This document shows positions 15,190 to 26,859 of a DNA stretch of 64,000 bases, piece after piece. The stretch comes from Octopus sinensis (lineage: Eukaryota): positions 22,630,001 through 22,694,000 of the forward strand of contig NC_043022.1 of NCBI RefSeq assembly GCF_006345805.1. The letters are read 5' to 3'. A program made the position numbers and the translations under genes. Position 1 is the first letter of the stretch; every line of letters starts with the position of its first letter. The notes under the pieces are model-generated. The model ran no database searches. It saw nothing but the letters and a program-made list of their open reading frames with translations, and had not been told where the DNA came from.

Positions 15190-16240
15190 TTTTATTAGTT
15201 TCAGCTCACATGCTGTGGCCATGCTGGGGCACTGCCATTTGGTGTTGCTACATGATTTTACTTCACGAATGCTTTTTAGCAAATGCCATCTGGTGCATGA
15301 GAGAGTTCGATGCAGCTGCCCTCATCTGCACCTCCTGCCGTGAAGTTGGTTCATCTGGGACACCTGACAAGAAGAGATCTAGTTTCATTTTAAAGACATC
15401 TGCATCCACCCCATGCAGGTCTCTTAGGTTCTTCGGGAGGATATTGAAGAGCTGTGGGCCTCGGAAGCCCAGGCTATCACAGTATCTTGTCCTACATCTT
15501 GATGGCAAATTTGGAGTCCTTGGCACTATGCAGTGGCACCCAGTTCTGGCATTTGTGTAACTCTCGATGCCAAAGTTTGGGACAAGTCCTTCTAGGATCT
15601 TCCAGATGTATATTATGGCATATCTTTCTCGCCTACGCTCTAAGGAATAGAGTCTCAATCTCTTGAGTCTTTCCCAATAGCTTATATGCTGCATGGAGGC
15701 TATCTTCTTCGTGTAGCTTCGTTGGATCGCTGCAAGTTCTGTGATTAACTTGACACTGGATGGTGACCATAGCTGAGAGCAATAGTCAAAGTGGCTTAGG
15801 ACAAGTGTCCTCCAGAGGACCATCATGGTTTCCTGGTCTCTTGTTCTAAAGGTTCTAAGAATCCATCCGGTCAGCCGCCTACATTTCATTGCCAATTTAG
15901 CAACATGCACATGAAAGGTTGCATCATCACTCATATAAATATCCAGGTCTCGCACTGATTGTGCCTCTGGTATTGCAATTCCTCCAGATCCAGTGTATTT
16001 ATTGGGTATTGCATTTAGTTTTGCATGCTGATAGTATAAAGCTTGAAACTTTTCAGCATTGAACTGCATGCTATTCTTTTTAGCCCACTTGTATATTTTG
16101 TCCAGCTCACATTGCAGGTGTTTAGTGTCCTCAGGGTTCTGTATTGCCTGTGAAACTTTTGTATCATCTGCATAACTTGTGATCGTGGCTCTCTGCGTGG
16201 CTGAGGGCATGTCTGAGAGGGCCATTATGAACAGTAGTGG
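15190..16240 (-). mobile_element. CR1/L2-group LINE of a different family, 5'-truncated RT C-terminal half
   Basis: ORF PLLFIMAL..YADDTK..DLDIYMS..HFDYCSQLWSP..YWERLKRLRLYSLERRRERY, stop at 15263; flanked by (TA)n tracts. Confidence 0.93.
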
Positions 16241-16243
16241 TAT

Positions 16244-16285
<42 letters not shown>

Positions 16286-16308
16286 GCATATATATATATA
16301 TACATACA

Positions 16309-16690
16309 TCTCTCTCTATATAAACGGCAGTTTGTCTGTGCGTGTTTCTGTGTGTCTGTTTGCTTGTACCCTCACCCTGACCACGGCTTTCAACCGATTC
16401 TGATGAAACTTGACTCACACATAGCCCAATGTCATAATTCAAAACTAACGCAGCGAAAATTTTGAAAAGTTCCCCCAGTTCTGAAAAAAATCGATAAATT
16501 CGACATGGGGTCGAGAATCAGAAAACAAACCACAAACTGTGTAGGGGACTCAACTCCACCTTTTTTAACTATCAAAAAAATTTACCATCATTTTTTTCCC
16601 TTTTTTTGCTATTTTTTGGCTATAACTCTCTAAAAATGCTTTATAGTTATTTCCCTTACAAACCTGAGCAACGCCGGGCGATACTGCTAG
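16309..16690 (+). mobile_element. Non-autonomous Helitron-like element
   Basis: 5' TC(TC)TATATAAA, 3' hairpin (cc)gagcaacgccggg followed by CTAG; A|T insertion site; near-identical copy at 57728-58103. Confidence 0.75.
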
Positions 16691-16740
16691 TATATATATA
16701 TACATACTCATACACACACACATACATACGCATACATACA

Positions 16741-16788
<48 letters not shown>

Positions 16789-16882
16789 AACAGCAGATGG
16801 ATTGCAATTTATTATTATTTGTTTATCCTTCAACTAACTTGGAACTTGCAATTCGCTACGTCCTCGTAACTTAGCGATTCGG

Positions 16883-16918
<36 letters not shown>

Positions 16919-17015
16919 GGAGTAAACACATAAATGTAAAACTAGGTGGAAAAAAGAGTACTCAAATACCAGTGGTAGAGTAATATGCTTTATTTAAAGC
17001 AGCGGAAAATTCAAC

Positions 17016-17063
17016 AAAACCTGTTACTCTGAGTTTCACGTTCCCGTTCGTCGGACAGTTTTT
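17016..17063 (-). ncRNA. Candidate minimal type-I hammerhead, antisense twin of 17071-17117
   Basis: Reverse complement reads aaaaactgtCCGACGAacgggaacgtGAAActcagaGTAacaggtttt. Confidence 0.58.
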
Positions 17064-17070
17064 GCTAGAA

Positions 17071-17117
17071 AAAACTGTCCGACGAACAGGAACGTGAAAC
17101 TCAGAGTAACAGGTTTT
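17071..17117 (+). ncRNA. Candidate minimal type-I hammerhead ribozyme (U4C core variant)
   Basis: CUGU-CCGACGA-AC/GU stem II-GAAA-C ucaga G-UA^-ACAG; stem I CUGU/ACAG; ACUC-A-GAGU is palindromic; predicted cleavage after 17108. Confidence 0.6.
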
Positions 17118-17144
17118 GTTGAATTTTCCGCTGCTTTGAATAAA

Positions 17145-17199
<55 letters not shown>

Positions 17200-17645
17200 A
17201 TTTTCTCAAGAGTGGATGATAGTGACTCTGAAATTTTGGCTTCCTGACAGCCTTCATCGGGCTGCCAGAAAGGAATTAATCGATGTAATTGACCCCGGTG
17301 CTCAACTGGCACTTATTTCCTCGATTCCGAAAATATGAAAAATCGGCCTCGACAGAAATTGAACTCGGAACGTTAATCGGACTGTCCGGTGAAGGCTAGC
17401 AAGCTGAAACTCCAAAGTCACTGTGTCCACTTTTCTTGAAAAAGCGTAATAAATATGGAGTCTACAAAAAGTGCTCAGTAATAATTCGGTTTAATATAAT
17501 TTTACTTTTTGTAACTTGACCTAGGCTGTCAGAATCGTTAGCATGTTGGGCAATACGCTTGGCGGCATTCCCTCCGACTGTGCTAAGTTTGAATTCCGCG
17601 AAAGATGACCTTTTCTTTCATCCTTTCGGGGTTAGTAAAATAAAA

Positions 17646-18268
17646 GGATCTTTTCGGTTTGAAAGGCAGTTTTTTAAAAATAATTTCCACGTAACTAAAC
17701 ACTTTTAAACTTCGTATACTGGTAGAATGTGTTTATAAAACATCTTTTTCTCTTGCCTTTATTGAGAAAATTCTATAGTTTGTAAGATATTTGTTGTTTT
17801 TTTTCCTTCAATTTCTGCAATTTCAACCAATCAATGACGTCTATTGAGGTGAAAACATTCTGTGCCGTATGAATATGTCCCTCGTTTAAGAAACATTGGA
17901 TTTATTTACATTTGTGAAGAAAAAAAAAGATACCCTTCCCCTCACCCTAACTCTAACCCTAACCCTAAAATAGATTGAAATGCAAGAGATCGATACTAGG
18001 GTCACAATTATTGGTGACAATTTCACATGACACCGCAAGAAAAAANNNNNNNNNNNNNNNNNNNNNNNNNNNNNNNNNNNNNNNNNNNNNNNNNNNNNNN
18101 NNNNNNNNNNNNNNNNNNNNNNNNNNNNNNNNNNNNNNNNNNNNNTTTGTGAAGAAAAAAAGACACCCTTCCTCCACCCCTAACCCTATCAATACTAGGG
18201 TCATAATTATGGGTGACAATTTCGTATGACACCGCTAGAAAAAACTGCCGTTCAAACCGACAAGATCC
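17646..18268. mobile_element. Same TIR MITE, present on both sides of the assembly gap
   Basis: 5' TIR at 17646; 3' TIR at 18240-18268; the internal segment appears on both sides of the N run. Confidence 0.75.
18046..18145. other. Assembly gap (100 N)
   Basis: Run of exactly 100 n, a placeholder length. Confidence 0.99.
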
Positions 18269-18437
18269 GATATATCCACTCAACATCTGCCGAAAGCAAC
18301 TTTTATAGACCAATCTAATTTTTATTGAGTAATGTCATGTCTGAAGCTATTTATTGTTGAGATGTATTAAATTTATTGAAGTAACATGACATGCAGAAAA
18401 TACCAGTTCTACTTTTGGTAGATATTTAACCCTTTGC

Positions 18438-18859
18438 ATCGTTTCAGTTTGAACGGCAGTTTTTTAAAATAATTTCCACGTAACTAAACACTTTTAAACT
18501 TCATATACTGGTAGAATGTGTTTATAAAACATCTTTTTCTCTTGGCTTTATTGAGAAAATTCTATAGTTTGTAAGATATTTGTTGTTTTTTTTCTTCAAT
18601 TTCTACAATTTCAACCAATCAATGATGTCTATTGAGGTGAAAGCATTCTGTACCGTATGAATATGCCCCTCATTTAAGAAACAGATTGGGTTTATTTACA
18701 TTTCTGAAGAAAAAAAGATACCCTTCCCTCCACCAACCCTAACCAACCCTAACCCTAAAACAGATTGAAATGCAATAGATCAATTCTAGGGTCATAATTA
18801 TGGGTGACAATTTCATATGACACCACTAGAGAAAACTGCCGTTCAAACCGAAAAGGTCC
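18438..18859. mobile_element. Same TIR MITE
   Basis: Collinear with 5759-6180. Confidence 0.82.
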
Positions 18860-18877
18860 AACCCTTTTGTTACCAAA

Positions 18878-19261
18878 TCTATATATATAAAGCTGAGGTT
18901 GTCAGTGTGTGTGTGGCAGGTTTGATAGCCTTCAACTAACACTATCTCCTCCGAGACCTTGCAGCGCAAGTTGACCATTATTGAGAGTATGATAGAAGAA
19001 GGCTTGCTCTTCATTCCATAGAAGAAAAAATTCAAATCAGACCATGTTAACATCAAAAAGGTGCTTTTTTTCTATGAAAATCCCTATTTTTTATGATTTT
19101 TTTACTGCTGTGTCGCCATTTTTCGGTGTATTTCAACCAGAAAAATGTTCCCTTCAAGAGAATAACAAGCTACATAGTGCAAAATTTTTACTTTTCAAAA
19201 ATTCCAATTCTAAAGGGTCAGAAAGAAAACAAACCCGAGCAACGCTGGGCGATACTGCTAG
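18878..19261 (+). mobile_element. Non-autonomous Helitron-like element (second family)
   Basis: 5' TCTATATATATAAA, 3' cccgagcaacgctgggcgatactgCTAG. Confidence 0.7.
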
Positions 19262-19552
19262 TGTATATTAAAATTTGAAACTACCTTTCTTTCCATTAAT
19301 TTTGAAAATAATAAAGAAATTAATAATAGTTTTGTCATAATTCATCTGGGATCTGAAACATAAATCAACATGAAATTTTGATGGTAAGTTTTAATTTAAA
19401 TAACTTCAAAGCAGGATGTTTGTATGATAACCAGGGGTGGCCTTCAGTAGATTGGTATCCAAACAGCTAAGCGTCTTTACTGGAATAACCATTATACTTA
19501 ACCACACCAATAAAGAGTTAATTTCATCTATGTCTCTTTTTGTTTCTTGCAG

Positions 19553-20140
19553 TAACTCGTTAATTATTCAAACAGAGAATACTGAAACAGACGAAAAAGA
19601 GAATGCAGACAAAAATACCAAAGGTTCTGCCAAGAATCTTGGCCGTACATCTTCTCAGTTGCTTGGAATTGAGGGCCATCATGTCGAAGCAGTGACTGGT
19701 GCTTTCCTGGCCCGAATCCAAGAAGAAAATTCTCTTGACCAACAGTTTGGTTCTAAAAGTTGCATAAGTCTTCCAGAGGAGTTGATATATGGTTCCAGGG
19801 ACTTCGATACGCAGAGCGCCAAACTGAGTCCGTCGCGATCATCCCACTCAATTGTTCCGTCCAGAAATGTCAGTCATACAAATCTGCAAATTCTAAAGAA
19901 CGAATCATTTTCATTGCTACCCAGTGATATCCATTCAAAACTTGAAACGGGGTCATTCACCCTCGAAATCAAAGACATATCCCGACCAAATCGTCCCCAG
20001 ATCGTTGTCAATCCTCCAGAACCAAAGGTGACAGATAAATTAATGACTGAAAATAATAACTGCAATGAAGAACCTCCTACAAAACACACAAATTCACTCT
20101 GTCATAAACTGAAACAAAGCACTTTGCTAACTCTTCTCAG
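19553..20140 (+). CDS. MFS transporter (ZIFL1/DHA1-like), internal exon encoding a long polar central loop (first exon found; upstream exons not located)
   Basis: Acceptor tttcttgcag|T AAC TCG, donor CTCAG|gtgagt; 588 nt, phase 2->2, open frame (NSLIIQTENTE...KLKQSTLLTLL); splices in frame to 21904. Confidence 0.8.
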
Positions 20141-20193
20141 GTGAGTTTTAATTTTATTGTCCTCTAGCTTTCTCTCCCATGTGTGAGATAGTC

Positions 20194-20690
20194 ATCATCA
20201 TCGTTTAACGCCCGCTTTCCATGCTAGCATGGGTTGGACATGTGACTGAGGGCTGGCGAACCAGATGGCTGCACCAGTCTCCAATCTTGATCTGGCAGAG
20301 TTTCTACAGCTGGATGTGCTTCCTAACGCCAACCACTCCGAGAGTGTAGTGGGTGCTTTTATGTGCCACCGGCATGGGGCCAATCAGGCAGCACTGGCAA
20401 CGACCTCACTCGTATCTTTTACACATGCCACCGGCACGGGTGCCAGTAAGGCGATGCTGGTAACGATCACGCTCGAATGGTGCTTTTTACATGCCACCGG
20501 CACGGAGGCCAGATAGCCGCTCTGGCAACGATCACGCTCAGATGGTGCTCTTAATACCCTACTAGCATGGGGCTCGAGTGGCAGTAGTGCGATGCTGGTA
20601 ACGATCACCACGCTCGAATGGTGCCTTTTAAGTGCCACTGGCATGGAAGCTGGTTAGCCACTCTCTCAATGATCACACTCGTATGGTGCT
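20194..20690 (-). mobile_element. RTE 3' UTR fragment with (ATG)n tail
   Basis: catcatcatcgtttaacg..ttccatgctagcatgggttggac terminus shared with 28117. Confidence 0.8.
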
Positions 20691-21409
20691 TTAAAATTCA
20701 GAAGTCTAGTATTTTGTGTTACTCAGAGATACAGCTGAGTGAGATGAAGGAGGACCTGATCTATTGGCCAAAAAGTGAATAAAGGATTTGTACCATCCCA
20801 AGCACACAATGCATCGCCTGGTGCAGGAATTGAAACCTGAATCTTATGATCATGAGAGCATAACCCTAAACTCTATCACCTTGACAAGATAGGGGAGAGA
20901 TGTACATGGTTCTGAGTTCAGTCCCGCTGCATGGCATCTTGGGCGAGTGTCTTCTATTATAACCTTGAGCCAAACAAATCCTTGTGAATGGATTTAGTTG
21001 ACAGAAACTGAACGAAGTCTGTCTTGTATGCGTGTCTTTCTATGTATTCTTTTAGTTGTTTCAGTCATTGACTGTGGCCATGCTGGAGCACTGCCTTTAG
21101 TAGAACAAATCGACCACAGGGCTTATTTTTGGTAAGCCTAGTACTTATTCTATCGGACTCTTTTGCTGAACTGCTAAGTTACAGGAACGTAAACGCACCA
21201 ACATCGGTTGTCAAGCGATGGTGGGGGGACAAACACAGACATACAATCAAATATATATATATATATATCATCACCATCATCATCATCATTTAACGTCTGC
21301 TTTCCATGCTAGCATGGGTTGGACAATTTGACTGAGGACTGGCGAACCAGATGGCTGCACCAGGCTCCAGTCTGATCTGGCAGAGTTTCTTCAGCTGGAT
21401 GCCCTTCCT

Positions 21410-21454
<45 letters not shown>

Positions 21455-21903
21455 CGGCTTCTTTCAGTTTCCATCTATCAAATATTCTTCCAGGCAGTGT
21501 TCCAGCATGGCCTCAGTCAAATGACTGAAACAAGTAAAAGAATTAAAGAAAATATGTTTATATATATGTGTTCATGTGTCTCATTGTGTCTCTATTTGTC
21601 TCCTCCACACACACACACGCACACATACCATGACCATCACCACTCAAAAACAAGTGTCAGTTTGTTTATTTCCCTGTAACTTGGCAGTTCAGCAAAAGAG
21701 ACCAATAGAATAACTACCAAAGAAAGTACTAGGATCAATTCCTTCGACAAAATATTCTTCAAGGCAGTGTTCCAGCATGGCCACAGTCGAATGACTGAAA
21801 CAAGTAAATGATGCAAAAAATGAAAAAACAAACCGTTTGCTTTATTTCCATGTTGCATATTGAAGGATTTTGGTAAAGTTTATTCTCTGTTTGTGTCTTG
21901 TAG

Positions 21904-22010
21904 CATGGCAGATGTCCGCATGTCTGTCGCACTGTACACCATTTTCTCCTTTGGAGTTATTGGATTCGAAGATACGTTCACAATATGGGCATCAACGGAA
22001 CCACGGTTAG
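21904..22010 (+). CDS. MFS transporter exon (TM7-like: MADVRMSVALYTIFSFGVIGFEDTFTIWASTEPRL)
   Basis: tgtcttgtag|C ATG ... TTA G|gtaagg; phase 2->1; hydrophobic helix followed by E..F.IWA motif typical of ZIFL-like MFS TM7. Confidence 0.9.
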
Positions 22011-22771
22011 GTAAGGACCAACTTGTTTCTTCTTATGCAGTTTTACTCCGTCTGATATTACAGGGACATAGCTACACTTGTGTATGATACAGGCTCGGGA
22101 GCAATTTTCTTGGTTGGGTGCAATGGAAATGTTTGAACGTCCTTCTGAGAGACTTTCATTGCCAAAATGAAGAAGAGTCGAATCCTTTTTGGACTGATTT
22201 GAAACAATCATTTTTTTCCATTATTGATTGGATTTATCTGATTTGATTGATGTACAAATATAATAATAATAATAATAATAATTAATTCGTTTATTGGCCA
22301 CAAGAGCTGACAAAAATCAATTAAAAACATGTAGGGACAGAAACAGGACGAAAGGTTACAAAGGGTTCGTTTGAAAAAAATCCATGTAAAAATGTGCAAT
22401 AACAAAGAAAATAACTAACAATTAAAACTCCCACAAGGGGCTAAACATAGAGGGGACAAACAAGGACAGACAAAGGGATTAAGTCGATTACATCAGCCCA
22501 GTGCAAAACTGGTACTTTATTTATCGAGCCCGAAAGGATGAAAGGCAAAGTCGAACATGACGGAATTTGAACTCAGAACGTAACGACAGACAAAATACCG
22601 CTAAGCATTTCGCCCGGCACACTAACGTTTCTGCCAGCTCGCCACCTCTATTATTATTATTATATATACAAACATATAACCAGCTTCACACACATACACA
22701 GTATCCCTTTAACCTCTCCGTGTAGATGCTTGATCATTCAATGATGTTGTTCCTGTTAATATTTTCTACAG

Positions 22772-22890
22772 ATGGCCTTGGGTTCAACACTGACCAGCTT
22801 GGCGTCATCACTGGAATTGTAGCCGTCCCCATAATGTTTCTACAAGTCTTCATCTTTGCTCCTATGGCTCGCAGATACGGAATCCTTAAG
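22772..22890 (+). CDS. MFS transporter exon (DGLGFNTDQLGVITGIVAVPIMFLQVFIFAPMARRYGILK)
   Basis: ttctacag|AT GGC ... AAG|gtatt; phase 1->0; GGLGF-like loop, TM8 and second motif-A-like loop. Confidence 0.92.
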
Positions 22891-22926
22891 GTATTATTTA
22901 TTTTCATCTAAATACTCCCCCTATAT

Positions 22927-22969
<43 letters not shown>

Positions 22970-23509
22970 ATTAGGGTTCAGCTACGATTTGTTTCACCAC
23001 ATACCGAAGTTTAGAAATAACAGTCAAAAAATCTTAGTTATTCCTTCTACTTTAAGGGAACTTCCTTTAAAGTAGAAGGAATAGCTAAGATTTTTTGGCT
23101 GCTATTTCTAAACTTGGTATGTGGTGAAGTAAATCGTAGCTGAACCCTAATTATATAGTATTACTTAAACTTACCATGAAATGGTCCCTTTCATGCCGAA
23201 TCCTACTTGGTGAAATTACTGATTACTTCTTAATTAATTTTTTCACCCTTTGTTATTATTGATAATTATATATATATACAAAATTAAATACTCCTTCTAC
23301 TCTGGCATGGCTTTGGTTTTGGCACAAGCACAGCTTCTGAGATGGTTGAGAGGAAGTTATCCTTGAACCAGGGACCTTGGCTGCATTTACTTGCAACAGA
23401 GTGGACTCCCCTTAGTGCATCTAAGGGTAGGTGCGTGACTTAGTGGTTGTGCCAAATTTTTAATCTTCAGATTTTTTACATATAACAATTTCTACCCTTA
23501 TTATGCAAA

Positions 23510-23930
23510 ATCGAAATCGAAATTAAATTCGATGACTGGCGTCCGTACTAGCAGGGTGCAAAGAGCACCGTACGAGCGTGATCATTGACAGAGCGGCTAA
23601 CCGGCGTCCGTGCCAGTGGCACTTAAAGGGCACCATTCGAGCGTGATCGTTATTAGCGTTGCCTTACTGGCATTTGTGCCAAAGCTAGTAGGGTGCCAAG
23701 AGCACCATCTGAGCGTGATCGTTGCCAGAGCAGCTAACTGGCTTCCATGCCAGTAGCATGTAAAAGGGCACCATTCGAGCGTGATCGTTACCAACGTCAC
23801 CTTACTGGCATCTGTGCTGGTGGCATGTGTAAAAGGATTCGAGCAAGGTCGTTGCCAGTGCCGCCTGACTGGCCCCCATGCCGGTGGCACGTAAAAGCAC
23901 CCACTACACTCCCGGAGTAGTTGGCGTGGA
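23510..23930 (+). mobile_element. RTE 3' UTR fragment
   Basis: Degenerate cgagcgtgatcgtt units ending ggcacgtaaaagcacccactacactc. Confidence 0.7.
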
Positions 23931-24194
23931 ATTTGAACCCAGAATGTAAAGACAGATGACATGCTGCCAAGCATTTTGCCTGGCATTCTAACGATTCTGC
24001 CAGTTTGACACTTTAGGAAAAAGAAACATTAATTATTTCTATTTCATTGAACAACTCTGCAACTCATTATCAGATACGTCTTTCTCGTTAAGTAACTCCA
24101 TAACTAATACAATGACAAGTTAATTATTATTTCTTCTTTGTATTTCCCATTAATGTTTATTTGTTCATTTTCCTTTCTTTTTTATCTTTTCCAG

Positions 24195-24268
24195 ACATTT
24201 ATGGCCAATGTAACGATTCTCCTCATCACAGTCACATTATGTCCCATTACTCATCTTCTCTACAATAA
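24195..24268 (+). CDS. MFS transporter exon (TFMANVTILLITVTLCPITHLLYN)
   Basis: tttccag|ACA ... AAT AA|gtaaat; 74 nt, phase 0->2; one TM helix. Confidence 0.88.
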
Positions 24269-26113
24269 GTAAATATTCTTCATTTTCTTAAATTCTTATG
24301 CATTTTCTTAAATTCTAACCCTAACCCCATCAGATCAGAATAAAATTCCAAAGTCATTACGCCAGTGTTTCCCAATCTGTCTTCCCATGGATGACCATGG
24401 GATTGTGCCTAGAAAGTTCCCCTCCGAGACACAAGTCCACACTGGACAGGCCAGAGTAATATAAACCACCTCTCCCCAGAGCCAAAAATGGGTTCATATA
24501 GGGCCAGCACCACAACTTAGGAATTAGACAAAGCTACAGAAGCATCAGTAATAATTTAAAACTAACAAGCACTGGGAAAATAGATAGGTGTAAGAGTGAC
24601 TGTGTGGTAAGTTGCTTGCTTACGAACCACATGGTTCCGGGTTCAGTCCCACTGCATGGCACCTTGGGCAAGTGTCTTCTACTATAGCCTCGGATTGACC
24701 AAAGCTTTGTGAGTGGATTTGGTAGACGGAAACTGAAAGAAGCCCGTCGTATATATGTATATATATATACATATGTATGTTTGTGTGTCTGTGTTTGTCC
24801 CTCCAACATCGCTTGACAACCAATCCTGGTGTGTTTATGTCCCCGTCACAGCTCCTGTCAAACTGTTCAACCCAAACCAGTATGAAGAATGGACATTAAA
24901 TTATGATGATGATATGCTAATATATGATAATTAATTATTTTGATATATCTTTGAATTAGTTATGTTAATATATGATATAAATTATGTTCGCTTATCTTTG
25001 AAATTAGTTATGTTAATATGTCACAGAAATTAATTATGCTAATACATCAGAGAAATTAATTATGTTAATATATTGCATTAGTTATGTTAGTGTATCATAA
25101 AACTTAATTGTGCTTTTATATCACAGAAACTAATTATCTTGATTAATCATTGAAATTAATTATGTGAAAATATAGAAAATATTCACACAGTGAATTCAGA
25201 AATGATTAATCATTGAGAGATATTATATTAAGGTGATGAACTAATGACCACAAGGTCATGGGTTCAAACCTCACTGCTACTCCAGACATTGTGTTGTGTC
25301 TCTTTGGGCAATGTGATGAACTATTGTATTGACCACTTGGTCATGGGTTCAAATCTCAGTACATTCTCTAAAGCTATTGCATTGAGTCTCTGGACAATGC
25401 ATGTGACCCCTTTTGCCTGATTAAATAACAATACATGATCTAAACAGTATTTCTCCCTATATTGCATAATTTCACTGTAATTTACAGTATCTTCTAATCC
25501 ATTAATCTACTCGCCTATAATCCCTGTTCCCATAACCTCCCCTACTCCATAAATGCTTCATTCTATAATCTAATTCATAATCCCTCTAATCCATATAACT
25601 TTTCTTTTCCACACCTCTTATCCTTAAACCCTCTAATTTATAATTGCTCCAATCTGTAATCCTCCTATCATATAATCCCCTTCTAATCCATAATCCTTAT
25701 TTCCCATAACCCCTTATCCATAACACATCTAATTAACAGTCCAAAATCCCTTTATCCCATAATATACCTCTATTCATAATCTTCTTTAGTCATAACCCCT
25801 TCTAATCCATTATTCCACTCGCCTATAATCCCTCTTCCCATAACCTTCCCTATCTCATATGAGTGCTCTATCTCATATCCCTCTTATCTTCAACCCCTCT
25901 AATTTATAATCCATATTCCCTCTAATCAATAATCCCTCTATCCCATAATCTCCCTCTAATCTATAATCCTTCAGTCACATAATCTTCCTTTAATCCATAA
26001 TCCCTTTTTTCTCATTGGTTCCTCTAATCTGTGATCCCTTGAATCCATAATCCCTTTATCCTGCAGTCTTCCTCTAATTCATAAAGCTCTAATCCATTAT
26101 TCTTCTATTCCAG

Positions 26114-26275
26114 ACCCGTCCAACTCTGGGTTTCGTTACTGATATTGTTAATCCCCCAACGTATCTGCACCAGTTGCTGTTTCTCTGCTACTTCATTGCT
26201 CATCAACAATTCTGTTACCCCTGATATTGCTGGGTCAGTGAATGGGATTGCCATGACCTCTACTGCCCTTGCCAG
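26114..26275 (+). CDS. MFS transporter exon (PVQLWVSLLILLIPQRICTSCCFSATSLLINNSVTPDIAGSVNGIAMTSTALA)
   Basis: ttctattccag|A CCC ... GCC AG|gtaatt; 162 nt, phase 2->2; INNSV...GSVNG motif of ZIFL-like TM10-11. Confidence 0.93.
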
Positions 26276-26721
26276 GTAATTTACATCCATCTCTTCTTTA
26301 TATATGTATATATATTTTTTTTTATTGCCCACAAGGGGCTAAACATAGAGGGGACAAATAAGGACAGACAAAGGGATTAAGTTGACTACATCGACTCCAG
26401 TGCGTAACTAGTACTTAATTTATCATCCCCGAAAGGATGAAAGGCAAAGTCGACCTTGGCAGAATTTGAACTCAGAACATAACGACAGACGAAATACCTA
26501 TTTCTTTATTACCCACAAGGGGCTAAACATAGAGGGGACAAACAAGGACAGACATAGGTATTAAGTCGATTATATCGACCCCAGTGCATGACTGGAACTT
26601 AATTTATCGACCCCTTTATAGGATGAAGGGCAAAGTCGACCTCGGCAGAATTTGAACTCAGAACATAACGGCAGACAAATACCACATTTGTCCAGTGTGC
26701 TAACGATTCTGCCAGTTTGCC

Positions 26722-26789
<68 letters not shown>

Positions 26790-26825
26790 TATATATATAC
26801 ACACACACTCACACAATATGTATAC

Positions 26826-26859
<34 letters not shown>

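Noticed and set aside
16400-16420. CTGATGA as a canonical hammerhead core
   Set aside because: No stem II, GAAA, stem III or stem I pairing follows; it is internal Helitron-like sequence repeated at 51313 and 57821
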